Shown piece by piece: positions 39,248 through 53,792 of a stretch of DNA of 64,000 nt. Below the pieces are notes generated by a model. That model was not told the origin of the DNA, did not search any database, and saw nothing but the letters and a program-made list of their open reading frames with translations. The stretch's first letter is position 1, and the number at the start of each line of letters is the position of its first letter. A program made the translations under genes and the position numbers. Origin of the DNA: Octopus vulgaris. Lineage: Eukaryota. The DNA lies in assembly GCA_951406725.2 (NCBI GenBank), contig OX597814.1, positions 81,158,001 to 81,222,000 of the forward strand, written 5' to 3'.

Positions 39248-39886
39248 TACACACATACACACACAGATAGATAGATAGATAGTGGGAGGGAATGCATACA
39301 GCTCCAGTATAAACGCCTATCTGTAATAGAGAGAGTGTGAGAATAAATTGATTGTATGCACCATGTACAACATATTAGGAATTACTATATAAATTGTGTA
39401 GTTCTTCCCTTAATAATAAGCCACCCAAATCATACATGCACCTATGTAGTGTGTGTGTGTGTGTGTGTGTGTGTTAAAATCTGCCATTATAATAATATAT
39501 ATTTTTGGCTTTTTATTCTCTGAGTTCAAGTGCTGTTGTGATTGACTTTGCCTTTCATCCTTTCACGCTTGATAATATAAAGTACCTGTTGACCACAGGA
39601 TCGATGTAATCAACTTCCCTTCCCCTAAAATTACTGGCTCTGTGCCAAAATGTGCAACCATTATTATAAAATATATTCAGAGTAGTAATAGTTAAGGGTG
39701 ATATATAATCAACAGATTATATACCCTATATTTTGGGAGTTGAGAGCTCTTCAGAATTTTCTCGGAGCCTTTAAATTTTGTGTAACATTTGACAAACTGT
39801 TTACCACTTCACCTCTAGTTTTAATAATGCAAGAAATTCATGGCTCTTTAGTATCTTCTGAAAGGTTTTCAATCTGAGAAATTATG

Positions 39887-39987
<101 letters not shown>

Positions 39988-40327
39988 ATGTGTGTGTTGT
40001 GTCTTGGGAGGATCATTTTGCTAATGAAAAACATGCCCTGGTTCAATTTTTCTATTTATTATTGGTAGTCAACTGGTTAACTAATTAATGTGTCCAGATC
40101 TGGAATAATGAGGGTATGTTATTGGTGAGGTCATAAACGGCAAAACAAAGGCTCTGTCAAATAAACTGATTGACTCAACGATTAATCAAGTAAGTTAATC
40201 AATTAATTTTTCAATCAAACTGAGCTGCCTTATCATGCATTATCCTAATTGCAATGTGATTTCCTTTAGGGTATCAAATGGGAGAGATTTGGCTGTTATT
40301 TCTAGTATATTGATTGATAGCATAAAA

Positions 40328-40475
40328 TAGGCATGGGCAAACTTTTCCAAGAAGTGGGCCACATCAGACATGGCTCATCATCAAGTGGGCTACACCAGTA
40401 AAAATAGTTGGAAGTGATTTTTACATTAGGTATGCCCTTCAGAAGGTCCCATGGGCCACAGGTTGCCCATGACTG
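40328..40475. mobile_element. Short hAT-like MITE, old
   Basis: TIRs TAGGCATGGGCAA and TTGCCCATGACTG, subterminal GGGCCAC motifs, and a degenerate 8-bp TSD (GCATAAAA / GTACAGAA). Confidence 0.6.
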
Positions 40476-42124
40476 GTACAGAAGAGCCTTCATTGGTTCT
40501 TAATTGTTTCCCTTTACATTTTGAGTTCAAGCCTATATGTTATTGCATTTCTTCTGATAAGGGCCAATGTGCTAGACATTAATAATGTACTAAAATCGAT
40601 GGAATACGCACACACCTTTCCTACAAATTTTTGGTCTTGAACCAATGGTTTGTAATCAATATAAAAACACAAAAATAGAAACAGTTCTCTTTTTTTCCTT
40701 TCGACTTTTTATTATTTTTTTTTTTCAATAACATTGTCTGTTAAGAATATTAAAAAATAAAAATAAAATTTGAGAGGCTTGTTTTTTTTTCTTTTTCCTG
40801 CTTTTTCCCATTCCTGAAATAAAAGTAAACATTTTTAAAGCCCATTAAAGATACATTTTTTAAAATATTATATTTTATTGCACATAATAGATAACTCCAT
40901 ACATGAACTAAAACTAAGTAACAAGTAAACTTTTACTTTTATTTTTATTAAATTTATAGTTTGTTTTGGATTTTGGATATTCTCTTTATATTTTTCATTC
41001 GTTTGCACACCCAATCAGACAACAGTGGCTTTATCAAACTATTTTCTGACTAAAGCCAGAGGTGAAATAGTTAAGAAATAATCTATTAACCAAATCTTTT
41101 GGTAAATTTTTCTTCCTTTTTGATTATTATTCCAAAGTGCCTACTTAATAATTTTATAAATAAATACTTGACTGAATGGATAAATAGACAGTGACTTAGA
41201 GATAGAGAGGAAGGGAGAGAGAGAGAAAGAGAGAGAGAGGAGAGGGAGAGAGAGAGAAAGCCAGATGAACAATTTTACAGTTTTACTTTAAAAATATGGA
41301 CGTCTTTACATTTATGTATGATTGTTTGTGAGTGTATCTACAAAAACATGCAACCTCATATATTCTTTTATTCTTTTATTGAACTATGGCCATGCTCGAG
41401 ACTGCTTTTATGTGTTTTCAGACAATTATATCAACCCCAAGACTTTGGTACATATGTTGCTGACCTCAGATGACAGAAAGCCAAATTGATTTATGTATAA
41501 ATTGGTGTAAACGTAACAAAACCAAATATTACAAAGTACCAGGATGAGGAAAAAGATCAAGAAGACCAAGGAAGACATGGCACAGTACATGCCAAAACAA
41601 TGTAATAACGATGGGAGTTGGCCCAAATGGTGTCAGGAGGAAGACAAGCAAGCAGGATGTCTGGAGAAAGCTCATTTCCCATTGTGCTGACTACACTGGA
41701 GGATCTAAGAGATATATTCATGTGCACTAGCTAGTCATTTGTGGCTCATAATCAAAGTCAAATCCTGCATCTACTGCTGTGACTCTCCAGAAGGCAGCTT
41801 CTATATGGCTGCTTATCTAATCTGTCAGAAATAGCTTCTTAATTTCCTTCAAATCACACCCTGTCATCTTGAAAAAGAAAAGTATAGAAAGGACACATTG
41901 GACAATGTAATCCTAGTTATATTATCACTCAATAAATTTAAGACTACACGATTATTGTTGGGACTTGTTTCATCATAGTCTTGCTCAAATTATGTTGACC
42001 TGTGGCTAAAGAACATCAATCAAGATGATTAAAGGCTGTAATCTGAGACTTCTTCTTGATGTTGTCTACTCATCCATGTGAAAGCTTAAACTTTTGGCTG
42101 TAAGTTAATATAACATTTGTTGTA

Positions 42125-42472
42125 TGGCCATGTGGTTGGGAAGCTTGCTTTGCAACCATATGGCTTCATGTTCAGTCCCACTGTGTGGCACCTTGGACAA
42201 GTGTCTTCAAGCCAGTTGCCAATCAATGCTTCATGATGGAACTGTATAGAAACCCATTTTATATGTGTGTGTTTGTGTTTGTCCCCTCCTCCACCACTTG
42301 ACAACCAGTGTTAGTTTGTTTACACCTCTATAACTTAGCAGTTCAACAAAAGAAACTGATGGGATTAGTATCGGACTTCAAAAATAATTACTGGGTTTGA
42401 TTTGTTTGATTAAAGTTCTTCAAGGCAATGCCCCAGCATGGTTTCAGTTTTGCAACTGAAACAAGTAAAAGA
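42125..42472 (+). mobile_element. SINE family A copy
   Basis: Head, CORE-like CCTTGGACAAGTG, and tail ACTGAAACAAGTAAAAGA. Confidence 0.8.
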
Positions 42473-43109
42473 CGAGGAAGGATGTTTGGGCTGGTGGAAT
42501 GCTGGAAACATGACAGCATCTTGTAGTATTCAGTTACAGCTGTTACTGCGTTCTGAGTTCAAATTTTGCCAAGGTCAACTTTGCCTTTATTCTTTCTAGG
42601 CTGATAAAATAAGGTACCAGTTAGTTGTTGGTTTAATCAATTGTACCCTCCCATCAAAATATGTTGCCTTATACCAAATTTAGAAATCAATTATGTTCAC
42701 TCTCATACTAATTAAAGCAGTAGGTTGTACCTTTTCCATTATGTTAATCAACAATTAGGAACTTTGAGTAAATGAAAGTCAAAAGCTTTGTTTGACCAAG
42801 GGCATAGCAGAGAGCTACTTAAAGGACATCAAGCATTGACCCTTTGATTGGCAGTCTGAGATTTTATCAATTCAACCAGATGAGATTCTTATCTAATGTT
42901 AAACAATAGCTACAACAACAAAAGATGCACTGAAAATAGCAACAATGACAGTATTGTGATCAATAATAATAGGAAAAAAAACTGAATTGTTACCATGACT
43001 ACAAGAGCAGAAACAACCTTGGCAGGATAAAGAGCTAAAATCTCAACATTTAACTGTGTCAACAACAACAATAAAGACACTAACAAAATCACTGACAAGA
43101 GATTCCCAA

Positions 43110-44799
43110 TGAATGATCGTCTGTATAGTCTCTCAAACTCCTAGAAATGACAGCTGGATTTCAGATTGTAATTCACTATCTTTAGAACATAACTCCAGAC
43201 ATATAAAAGAGATAGAGAGTGGGTGGTCATGATTATATTGCTCAGTCATAGCTGTGTTGGGGCTATACAGCATATGCAGTAGTTATAATATCAACAACTA
43301 CCACAACTTTGGAAAAAAAAAAAAACTGAGTGAATAAGGAAATTTCTAGATGGTTGCTCAACTGCTAGAAATAGCAAGCAAATCTCCCTTGTATAATATT
43401 CTTAAAAAGAAGGTTATATGAGATAATGTATTCCTAGATATACTATGTCAGAATAAAATATGGGATAGTCTTGGTTGGAACTTGTTTGTTCATTTGTCTG
43501 GTTTGTCAGGTCTGACTTGGGACTAAACAACAAATAAGAATTACATTATGCATGAAACAAGGTTGCTAGAAATAGCAGTTAAACAGTCCTCAACCATTTT
43601 GTCTTTAAAAACAATGAAGGATATGTTGGGTAATGTTATCTAAGATATGCAATGCCCGACAGAAAGACAAAATAGGTATGACTGGAAGCTCAACTTACTT
43701 TTAACACTTCAACTCACTTTTAACACTTTAACTCACTTTTAATCCATGATTCTTCTTAAAAGTTGGCATGGTCGTGGCTGGAATGTCTTTGATCATAGGG
43801 CCACTTGATCAGAGTTTCTGACCTAGGTTTAAACAATCATAACAGTAACAAGTATGTCAGAAACAACACCAACATTAATGATTGTGTAAACCAGGCAAGG
43901 AAACCAGTACACATTCAATCAACACACTAGAAATAGCAACCAAATTTCTCTCAGACTACCATCTTAAAAAGGACACATTGAATACTGTGGTCCTGGTTCA
44001 GTATGCCATGAAATAAGACAGGTTGGTTACAGCTGGAATAGTTTGGTCATGTGTCTGCTCAGTCAGACCTGAGGCTAAACAGCCAGTAGCATCTGTGTAA
44101 ACATTGCAAACAATAGAAGAACATTGGGCAGCAACAAATATCTGAAAAAGAGCAACAGTGAAGATAAACACCAGCAACAACAATAGCAACTGCAGCAGCT
44201 GCAGCAACATCAACCACAAAAACAGCAATAGAAACAACAACAATAATAACAACATTAAAAACAATTGCATCAGCAACAACAACAACAACAACAGTAGCAG
44301 TAGCAACAATAACTGCTAACTGAAACAAAAAAAAATGGTACAAATCATGTATATTACAAACAACAATAACGACAAAAAAAAACAATAATGATAGCAACAA
44401 CAAAACAACGGCAACAACAACAAAGGCTTTCATGTGAAACAGTTACAATGTAAGAAGTAGATTGGAACATGGATTGATCAATAAGATGACTTCAACCATC
44501 CCCGTCTCCACCATTCACATAGGCATACATGTGCACACTCACATACACGCACACTCATACAGACAGACACACACACATGCACAAACGCACATGCATATGC
44601 TCATAAACTTACACTCTAACACTAACGTGTTCACACATTCATTCACATACACACGCACACACAAATGCATACACATCACTTACACTCACATACACTAATA
44701 TTGCTCACATTCATACTTTCACACATACATTCACATGCACACACATACACACATACATTCAAACATACAAATGCATACACATACTCACACGCATCACTT

Positions 44800-44843
<44 letters not shown>

Positions 44844-45475
44844 ACACACGCACACACACATACATACACACACACGCACGCACACATACATACATACACA
44901 CACACATACATACAAATGCATACACATACTCACATGTATCACATTCTCACACACACACACACTCACACACACACATATACCTATAAATTCTTTGGATTGC
45001 TTTAGTTGCATTGCACCACTGTCACCATCTCCTACACCAACATCCTCTTTTTATGGTCGTTTAGCATGGTAGAAATAGCAGCCAGGTCTCCCTCAAATTA
45101 AAGGCTTACTGACTTAAAAGGAAAAAAATATGGACAGTGAACAGTGCTGCCTCCAGTGTATAATAAAGAAATGGATTGTCATGGATGGTGCCACTTTTAA
45201 CCCTAGGTTTGTTTAATCAAGTTTAACCTGGGGTTAAACATAGACTATCAAGAATGAACTACAATCAAACACATGGAGGAGTATGTAGACGTGCGATCTG
45301 CTAGAAATAGCAGTCAAAATTCCCTCAAATGATTCCTATCATCTTAGGAAATAACATATGTAAGACAGTGCTGGATTCCTAGAGCACAGATAAATGATGA
45401 TAGTCATGACTAGGATGGCTTTGATCATTGGTCTCTGTTGGATTAAGGATGGCCAAGGGCTAAACAACAGAACAG
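43110..45475 (+). repeat. Cluster of at least six same-orientation copies of a ~180-200 bp CAA-tailed repeat (family C)
   Basis: Unit CTAGAAATAGCA...CCCTCAAAT...GGACACATTG...GGTCATGGCTGGAAT...GACCTGGGGCTAAACAAC at ~43110, 43350, 43560, 43905, 45050 and 45285. More copies at ~13480, 41800, 48440 and 62640 (+), and 7585 and 54650 (-). Confidence 0.72.
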
Positions 45476-46100
45476 CAAAGGTATCAACACCATCATCACC
45501 AGCACAATCGTAATCATTATCACATCATCATCATCATCATCATCATGTGCTTCATTACCATTCTATCACCACCACCACCACCACTACTGCAGCTATTAGT
45601 AACAACAATAACAAAAACAATACTATGATTGAACATCATTATCATCAGCATTAACACTACTACACCACTGCCACCACCTGTTTTCATCATCACCATCGTC
45701 AACACTTCCACCATCACCATCATATCCGCTAGGATTATCATCACTTACACAGCCTCCTTACTCACATTGACACCCCTTCACCATCACAACTTCCTCCGCC
45801 TCTTCTCCTCTTCCACCACTATTACCTAAACTATAATACACCACTACCATTGCTACTAGTATCAATAATACCTTTACCACCACCACTACTACAATTATTC
45901 CCCACCACACCCACCACCACCAAGACAATCACCACCTCTGCTACTACAATCAATACCACCACCATCTCCACCATCCCCACCATGCCTCTCTCCCCACCCA
46001 CACTACTACCACAACCCTCATAACTATCTCTGCTATTACCACAAATAACACTACTGCCACTACTACAAAGCCCTACTACAAGCCACCACCACCACCATCA
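44140..46100. repeat. Low-complexity block: (CAA/CAG)n, (CA)n, (CAT/CAC/TAC)n
   Basis: Strongly C/A-skewed degenerate trinucleotide and dinucleotide repeats. Confidence 0.9.
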
Positions 46101-46539
46101 TAGTAACCCTTTCTGTACTTTTAGCATTTGATTGTTTTGGTTAGTTCGAGAAAGTTCCTCAATTCTCCTTCCTGTTTCTCTTGTCTCATTAAAGCAATCT
46201 GTTGGGTTTCTGGGGGAGAATATCAGGAGAGAGGGATACATGAGCAATAGAGAGAGGGAGAGGGGAGAGAGAGAGAGAGAGAGAGAGACATGCAGTATGT
46301 TAGATGTAAGCAGGAGTAAATGATGTGTGAGGAGGGGAAGTGGGGACAATAGTATAAGCATAAAATAATAAAAAAAATATTACGAAAAACAATGGATGTG
46401 GGTGGAAGACGGTGGACGGGAGGGGGGTTAGGGGAATTCATGAAAACAACAATATTGATATTTGTTATATATTAGTCTAAATATATTAAATGTGTGCGTG
46501 TATATGTGTATTTTTAGGTTAAATTCTTTATGCTAACTT

Positions 46540-47706
46540 GTGCACACACATGTATATGTATGTAGACACACCTACGCACACACACACACACATCAATATA
46601 CATACACACTCACATACATACATACATACATACATACATACATACATACATACATACATACATACATACATACATACATACATACATACATACATACATA
46701 CATACATACATACATGTATGCATGGATGGATGGATGTCTGTGTAGAAATATGTGTGTTTTTATGTGCATGTATGTATATATACACACATGCACAAATATG
46801 TATAAATAGATACAGATATATACATATGTATACTTATATATATACATGTAACATTCATGTGCATATATATGTATATGTGTGTGTGTGTATATATATATAT
46901 ATGCATATATATACACACACACATGTATATATAGACACACATACATATCTATATATATATATGCATGCGTGTATATACATATACACATACACACAAAGAC
47001 ATTTATGTATTTATAAATGTATTTGTGTATGTATATATATATTTGTATATATATATATATATATGTGTGTGTGCGTATATATATATATATGTGTATATAT
47101 ATATATATATTATAAACAAAGGAAGGAACACTTTTATGTGCGTTTCTGTGCATGTGTGAGTGTGCATCTGTATTTATACATAGCTTTTGTTTTATCTTCT
47201 TCCATAAATGCACATGAGATGCATGAGTTAATGATATAGCTAAATCAATACATGCATTGATGCTGGGCCCAATTACACTGTATGCCTGCAAGTGAATCTA
47301 TTAAGACATGATCGTGCCTGCACATACGCACATGCATGTATATAGATATCGTTCATGCTCTCACACATTTATGCATGTATACAAATACATGTGTGTGCAG
47401 ATGTATTATATGTATTTATATATATGTGTCTATGTATATATAATATATATATATATAAATATACATATGTCTATATACATATAGACATGTATGTGTGTAC
47501 GTATGTATGTGTGTATATATATATATACACATACAGGTATGTAGAGATATAGATAGATATGCATAGATATACACCGATGCACACTAATCTATCTACATAT
47601 ATACTAAAAGATAGATATGTATGATCATACATATACACACATGTATGTATTCATATGTGAATACTTATGTGAATCTCTCTGTCTCTCTTATGTCTTTCTC
47701 TCTCTT

Positions 47707-47775
<69 letters not shown>

Positions 47776-47940
47776 CATACACACATACATGCGCATGTGT
47801 ATCAGTAATGCTTTAATAAATATATTGCAGAAGAATGAACGTGATGATATCCACTAATCTGTAGGGCTTTAGTTATATAGTTATATGGACAATTAAATAA
47901 CGCATATAAGAGAAGGAAAGAGAGACAATAAAAAGGAGCA

Positions 47941-48011
<71 letters not shown>

Positions 48012-48060
48012 GTATATATATGTATATATATATATATATATATTTTTATGTATGTAAATA
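46540..48060. repeat. Compound microsatellite field: (CATA)n, (TA)n, (TG)n, (TC)n
   Basis: Direct inspection; it accounts for the long spurious ORFs here. Confidence 0.95.
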
Positions 48061-48674
48061 TTAGTAGTCAGAATTTTATTATAATAAATATATCACAAAA
48101 GAATTAAGGTGATATCCGCTAATCTACAGAGCTTTAGTAATAAGGCCATTTATTAAACTGGCATGCTTAACAGATAAAGAGAAAGATGAGGCAGAGAGAG
48201 AGGGGGGGAGAGAGAGAGAGAGAGAAAGCGAGATTGACATATAAGTATATACATATATGTGTATATGTATGTTATACTCACAACTCTCTTTGACATAGAC
48301 ACTACACACTTGTTCATATACATATGTTCAAAATACTCAAATATATGATCATTTAAACCTGTGCAATTACTCTGAGTAAACCTGAGGTAAAAGTTATCTT
48401 AAATGATTTTCTCCTGTTGACCATGTTGAGATTCTCAAGCTTTATGTGAGCATTCAAGCTGCTAGAAATAGCAACCAAATTTCCACACTATCTTTAAAAA
48501 GCAGGCACAGTACATAATATAGTCTGAGATATACTACTATATATATCAAAGACTACATTATATATGTTATACATGATATGTATACATAAAAAAAATGCAG
48601 AATGGTCATAGTTTGAACACCTTTCATCAGATATCTAATAAAGAAGGACTGACTTCAGCTAAGCAACAACAACA

Positions 48675-48737
<63 letters not shown>

Positions 48738-49674
48738 AGTTTCTTTGTTTTACAGTAACTTGATGTGCTTGAAATCTTTCCTTCAAACTACGTTTTAGTT
48801 TCTTACCCACACTAGATATATAGTCATTGTAAGCGGTGACTGAAAATGAAAGACATGATCATCACAGCTGGAGTAGGTTAACTCAATCAGTATGCTGGCC
48901 TGGGGATAAATCACTACCATTTCATGGATTTTAATTTTATTTTCATTTTTTGTCTTTTTAGAATTTAATGTGAGGTCTTCTTGAATTTCTGGTTTCTTCT
49001 CCAGATAAAAATATCACTGCTGATTTTTTTTTTTTTTTTATGTTTCTGCTTTTGTGTTTCATTTCTTTTTTTCATGTAGTTGCTGATTCTATGATTACTT
49101 GTTGCAATTTGTTGATGATGAAGATAACAAAATTCAGCTGCATTCTCAAAACAAAGACTTGTATAGCACCAACCTCTATAGATTGTTTAGAAGAAAATGC
49201 CAGACTGTTTGACAAAACTGGATTTCTCTCTTAAGAAATATAATTTAGAAAAATGTTGTAGCAATATTCTTTGGTATTTTATTTGGCTGACTGTCTTAGT
49301 AGTTGCAGATCAAACAACATCAAGTGTATTAAGCAGAGACAAAATGTTGTGTCTACAATAGTGATTCTGAAATGATGCATTAGAGATGATGCCTAAGTGT
49401 ACCATAGATTTTTAAAGATGTGCCTGCATGACACCTTGGACAAAGGTCTTCTATAATCACTGCTTTGTGATTGGATCTGGTACCAATTTGCACTCATACA
49501 CACACACACACACACACACACACATATGCATGTGTGTGTGTGTGTGTATAATATATTAATGTTAGTTTTTATGTTCAGTTATAATAAAAACAATTTTACA
49601 TTAATCTGATGGGTTATTTTATACTTTTGTAGAGTACAAATTTATTAGTCTTATACAAGATTGTTCCTGACAGT

Positions 49675-49738
49675 GATTTCAAAGTTTTAGCCAACTAAGT
49701 AGTCTAACTGTAGCTTAGCTGGCCAAAACTTTGAAGTC
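49675..49738. other. 64-nt stem-loop (tiny MITE or pre-miRNA-like)
   Basis: TTCAAAGTTTTAGCCAACTAAG and CTTAGCTGGCCAAAACTTTGAA are complementary at 20/22 positions, with a 14-nt loop. Confidence 0.6.
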
Positions 49739-50299
49739 TGTGTTTATTTGCTTCCTTATCTTAATATCATAACTTAATGATAGTTATAATGTCACCATTA
49801 TACAAGTGGCATTCTTTGTTTCCAGTTGCCTCCTTGATTGGAAACAGGTGAGGGTTGGCAATAGGGAGGGCATTCTGCCATATAAAATCTGCCTCAATGA
49901 ATTTCATCTGACTCATACAAATATAGAAAAGTGAGCATTAGAATAATAATAATAATAATATGATGATGATGATGATGATGATGTGGTGTTGGTGGTGGTG
50001 GCAGCGGCGGCGGTGGTGGCCTCCTCAAGCACAGCATGTCGCCCTATGCACCAAGGTCCTTTTGAGTGGGCTGGGGCTGGTTATGCAACACTGATGTAAG
50101 TTACAGCTGTGAACTCACTTTATTTGCCAGGTCTTCGGAGTCACAGCATATCTCCTGAGGTCTCGGTCTTTCGTCATTGCTTCTGTGAGGCCCAACATTC
50201 AAAGGTCATGCTTCACCACCTCATCCCATGTCTTCCTGGGTCTACCTCCACCCCAGATTCCTTCAACTGTTTGGGAGTGTCACAATTCACAATTCAAAT

Positions 50300-50420
50300 T
50301 TATAGAAAACAAAAGACGATGATAGGTGAGGGAATAACAAGCAGGTGTATTAATTTAACACTCCAGAAGAATGGAAAAGTTTTTGACGTTTTGAGCCTAT
50401 GCTCTTTGACAGAAAGGATT
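50300..50420 (-). mobile_element. Probable Penelope-like element terminal fragment
   Basis: AAACAAAAGACGA motif shared with ~21675-21718. The minus strand reads TCAAAGAGCATAGGCTCAAAACGTC, resembling a decayed PLE terminal hammerhead core. Confidence 0.4.
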
Positions 50421-50975
50421 GAGAGGTGAAAAATGGAGGGGGAACAAAAATAAAATGGAGATGCATCTTATAGTAGAAACAGCTGTAAGCTAATGAAGTT
50501 CATAAGATAATCGTTTATTCCTTTGTCATTTCATTTTCTTGTTACCTCTCTGTACTCAACTAATGCTTCATTTTGAAGTATACACATTTTAAGTTCTACA
50601 TCAGGTTATTAGTCTCATAAGAGAAATATGTGTCTGCGTGCATGCACATATACATATGTGTGTGTGTGTGTAATTGTATGTATATTCACACACACATTCA
50701 CACGGAATAACAGGAGACAAACCTTCAGCTATATGACGTCTGATAAGATCTAGAAACAGTAAAAACAACTATTCTATGCTTTTGCTAATTTCATAATTTC
50801 TTATTGTATTGATCAGTAACTCAGAAAAGTATTTCACTGTGAAACTAAATACATTGAATGAATTTGCTAATTCATATATATATTAACATATATATATATA
50901 TATATTTATATATATACACACACACTCTTAAGAACAGATCTGGTTAACAGAAGCTGAAAGAAGCCTGTTGTATAC

Positions 50976-51018
<43 letters not shown>

Positions 51019-51472
51019 TGTGTGTGTCTGTGTCTGTGTGTGTCTGTGTGTGTCTGTGTGTGTGTGTGCTTGTATCTTCTTCTCTTGACATTGCATGATA
51101 GATGTCACTATCATACAGAAGTGTCATTCCATTTCCAATATTCTATGGAAACATTTCTGACCATGAGGAAATATTATCCTGCTTGGAAACAAGTGAGATT
51201 TGACTACAGGAAGAGCATCCAGTCATAGAAAATCTGCCTCAATAATCTCTGTCCAAGTATGGTAAAGTGAACATTAAAACAGTGATGATATATATCATCG
51301 CCATCATCAACATTTAACGTCCATTTTCATGGGGTTGAATGGCTTTACAGGGATTGGCAAGGCCAGGGACCGCACCAGGTTCCACAGTCTATTTTGACTT
51401 GGTTTCTATGGCTGGATGCTCTTCTTAATGCCAACCACTTTAAAGAATGTACTTGATGCTTTTTAAATGGCA

Positions 51473-51520
<48 letters not shown>

Positions 51521-51917
51521 TTACAGTTTACAGTTCTGTTATAGGTGGGATCAACAAAAAGATGTACCCCATCCAGTGAGAGATAGATATAATTTAATAT
51601 ACACAATTTACAAAGGAGCTCCTAATAGTTTCATGCTTTAGAGATACAATAATTTGGCAGATTTGTGTACCATACCACCTATCTCTAAGTAATCTTTCAG
51701 GCTCAGTGCATATCATTAGATGTATTTAAAAACCAGGATGCTGGTCTGTAAGAAAAAAGCAAGAAAAAAACCTCACAGAAGATTGATGCAAAAAGTGGAA
51801 GAAGAAGAAATTTGCTTACATGCACACATATGTACATACATATCTCTGTATAAATAGATATACATATTTATACATATGTATATGTGTACATTATATATAC
51901 ATATATATATAATATAC

Positions 51918-52003
<86 letters not shown>

Positions 52004-53136
52004 CATATAATGTACACATATACATGTATAGATTTACATATGTGTGTGAATATATATATATATATATATATACGCACACACACATATATATATGTGTATC
52101 AGTATATATATGTATCTGTCAATCCATGTATCTAGATTGATATATTTGTGTGTGTGTGTCTATGTAGATATACATTTATATTTGTATATGTTGCACACAC
52201 ACACTCACATACACACAGATACATGTATACATACACACATACTCACAAACATATACAATTATAATGCATAAAGAATACTTCTTAACAATCTATCTTTTCA
52301 GTTATCAGCCATTCAACAGCCAGCTTCAACAATTAATTATTTAATTGCTAAAGTTGCATGTTTCCAGTAAATAACAGAAAAAGAAGTGCATTAACCATAA
52401 TTCTTTCCACCTTCCATGTTTTATTCATCACTTACTTTGGAATTTCTCTTCAGTTTCTCATTCATCTTTACCTGTATTATGTATTATATATGTATCGTTT
52501 GAGCATTTCTAGTATATATTGGGGATGCAGTATGGCTAAATGGTTAAGTTCATTTAGCAACATCAAGTCCTAGGTTCAATCCTATTGTGTGGTGTCTTTG
52601 GCAAGAGTTTTTTTTTACTATAGCCGTGGTTTGATTTGGGGCATGTATTCATGATTTAAATCAATGGCCAGACCAGATATCTTTATCATTTATCTTTTAT
52701 TTGTTTCTGTTATGAGACTTGGCCATGCTGAGGCACTGTCTCGAAAAATTTTAGTAAAACTTGTCAATCCCAGAATTTCATGTTTTTTATAAAGCCTGGT
52801 ACTTATTCTATTAGTCTCTTTTGCTGAAGTTACAGTTATGTAAACACATTAACACTAATTGTCAAGCAGTGTGTATATGGTGGGGACAAGTCCAAACACA
52901 AAGTCTCACACACACATATATATGTATGTATATATATATATACATATTGGTTCCTGTGCTGGTGGCACGTAAAAAGCACCCACTACACCCTTGGAGTGAT
53001 TGGCATTGGGAAGGACATCCAGCTGTAGAAACACTGCCAGATCAGACTGGAACCTGGTGCAGCTTCCTGGCTTCCCAGACCCCAGTCAAACCGTCCAACC
53101 CATGCCAGCATGGAAAACGGATGTTAAATAATGATG

Positions 53137-53192
<56 letters not shown>

Positions 53193-53374
53193 AGGCTTCT
53201 TTTAGTTTGCATCTTCCAAATCCATTCACAAGGCTTTGATCAATTCAAGGCTTTAGTGCAAGACACTTGCTCAAGGTTTTATGCAGTGGAACTGAACCCA
53301 GAACCACATGGTTGGGAAGCAAATTTCTTACCACACATCCATGCCTGCACATGTATCTGTTGTTTATCTTTTAT

Positions 53375-53792
53375 CTTTTCCTTGATTTAATCACTGAACT
53401 GTGGCTATGGCCTTGCTGGGACACTTACTCAAAAGGTTTAGTTGAACAAACCAACCCTAGTACCTATTTTTTAAAGTCTGGTGCTTATTCTATTGGTCTT
53501 TTGTTGAACTGACAAGTTTCAGGAATGCAAACAAATCAACACCAGATGTCAAGTGGTGGTGGTGGTGGTGGTGGTGGTGGTAACAAATACAAAGGCATGC
53601 ACACATGCACATACAAACACACACACACATTTATGATAAGCTTCCACACAGTTTTCCTCTCCCAAATACTCTTGCAATGCAGCGATCAAACTAGGGCCAT
53701 AGTACAAGACACTTGCCAAAGATGTCATGCTGTAAGATTGAACCCAAAAAGCATGTGATTGCAAAGCATGTTTCTTAACTACACAGCCATGC
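53375..53792 (-). mobile_element. SINE family A copy
   Basis: Reverse-complement head and tail, diverged. Confidence 0.72.

Noticed and set aside
43110-45475. CRISPR-like repeat/spacer array
   Set aside because: Units are ~190 bp, diverged and irregularly spaced in eukaryotic DNA with no cas genes.
46538-47291. Long ORFs of 232-233 aa, and similar HT/CV/YI/ER/LS-rich ORFs throughout
   Set aside because: They are translations of (CA)n, (TA)n, (CATA)n and (GA)n microsatellites that lack stop codons, not proteins.
51640-51819. Strong minus-strand acceptor (TTTTTTCTTACAG, AG at 51747-51746) suggesting an exon
   Set aside because: All three frames hit stops within ~45 nt and there is no convincing downstream donor. 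A non-coding exon cannot be excluded but is unsupported.
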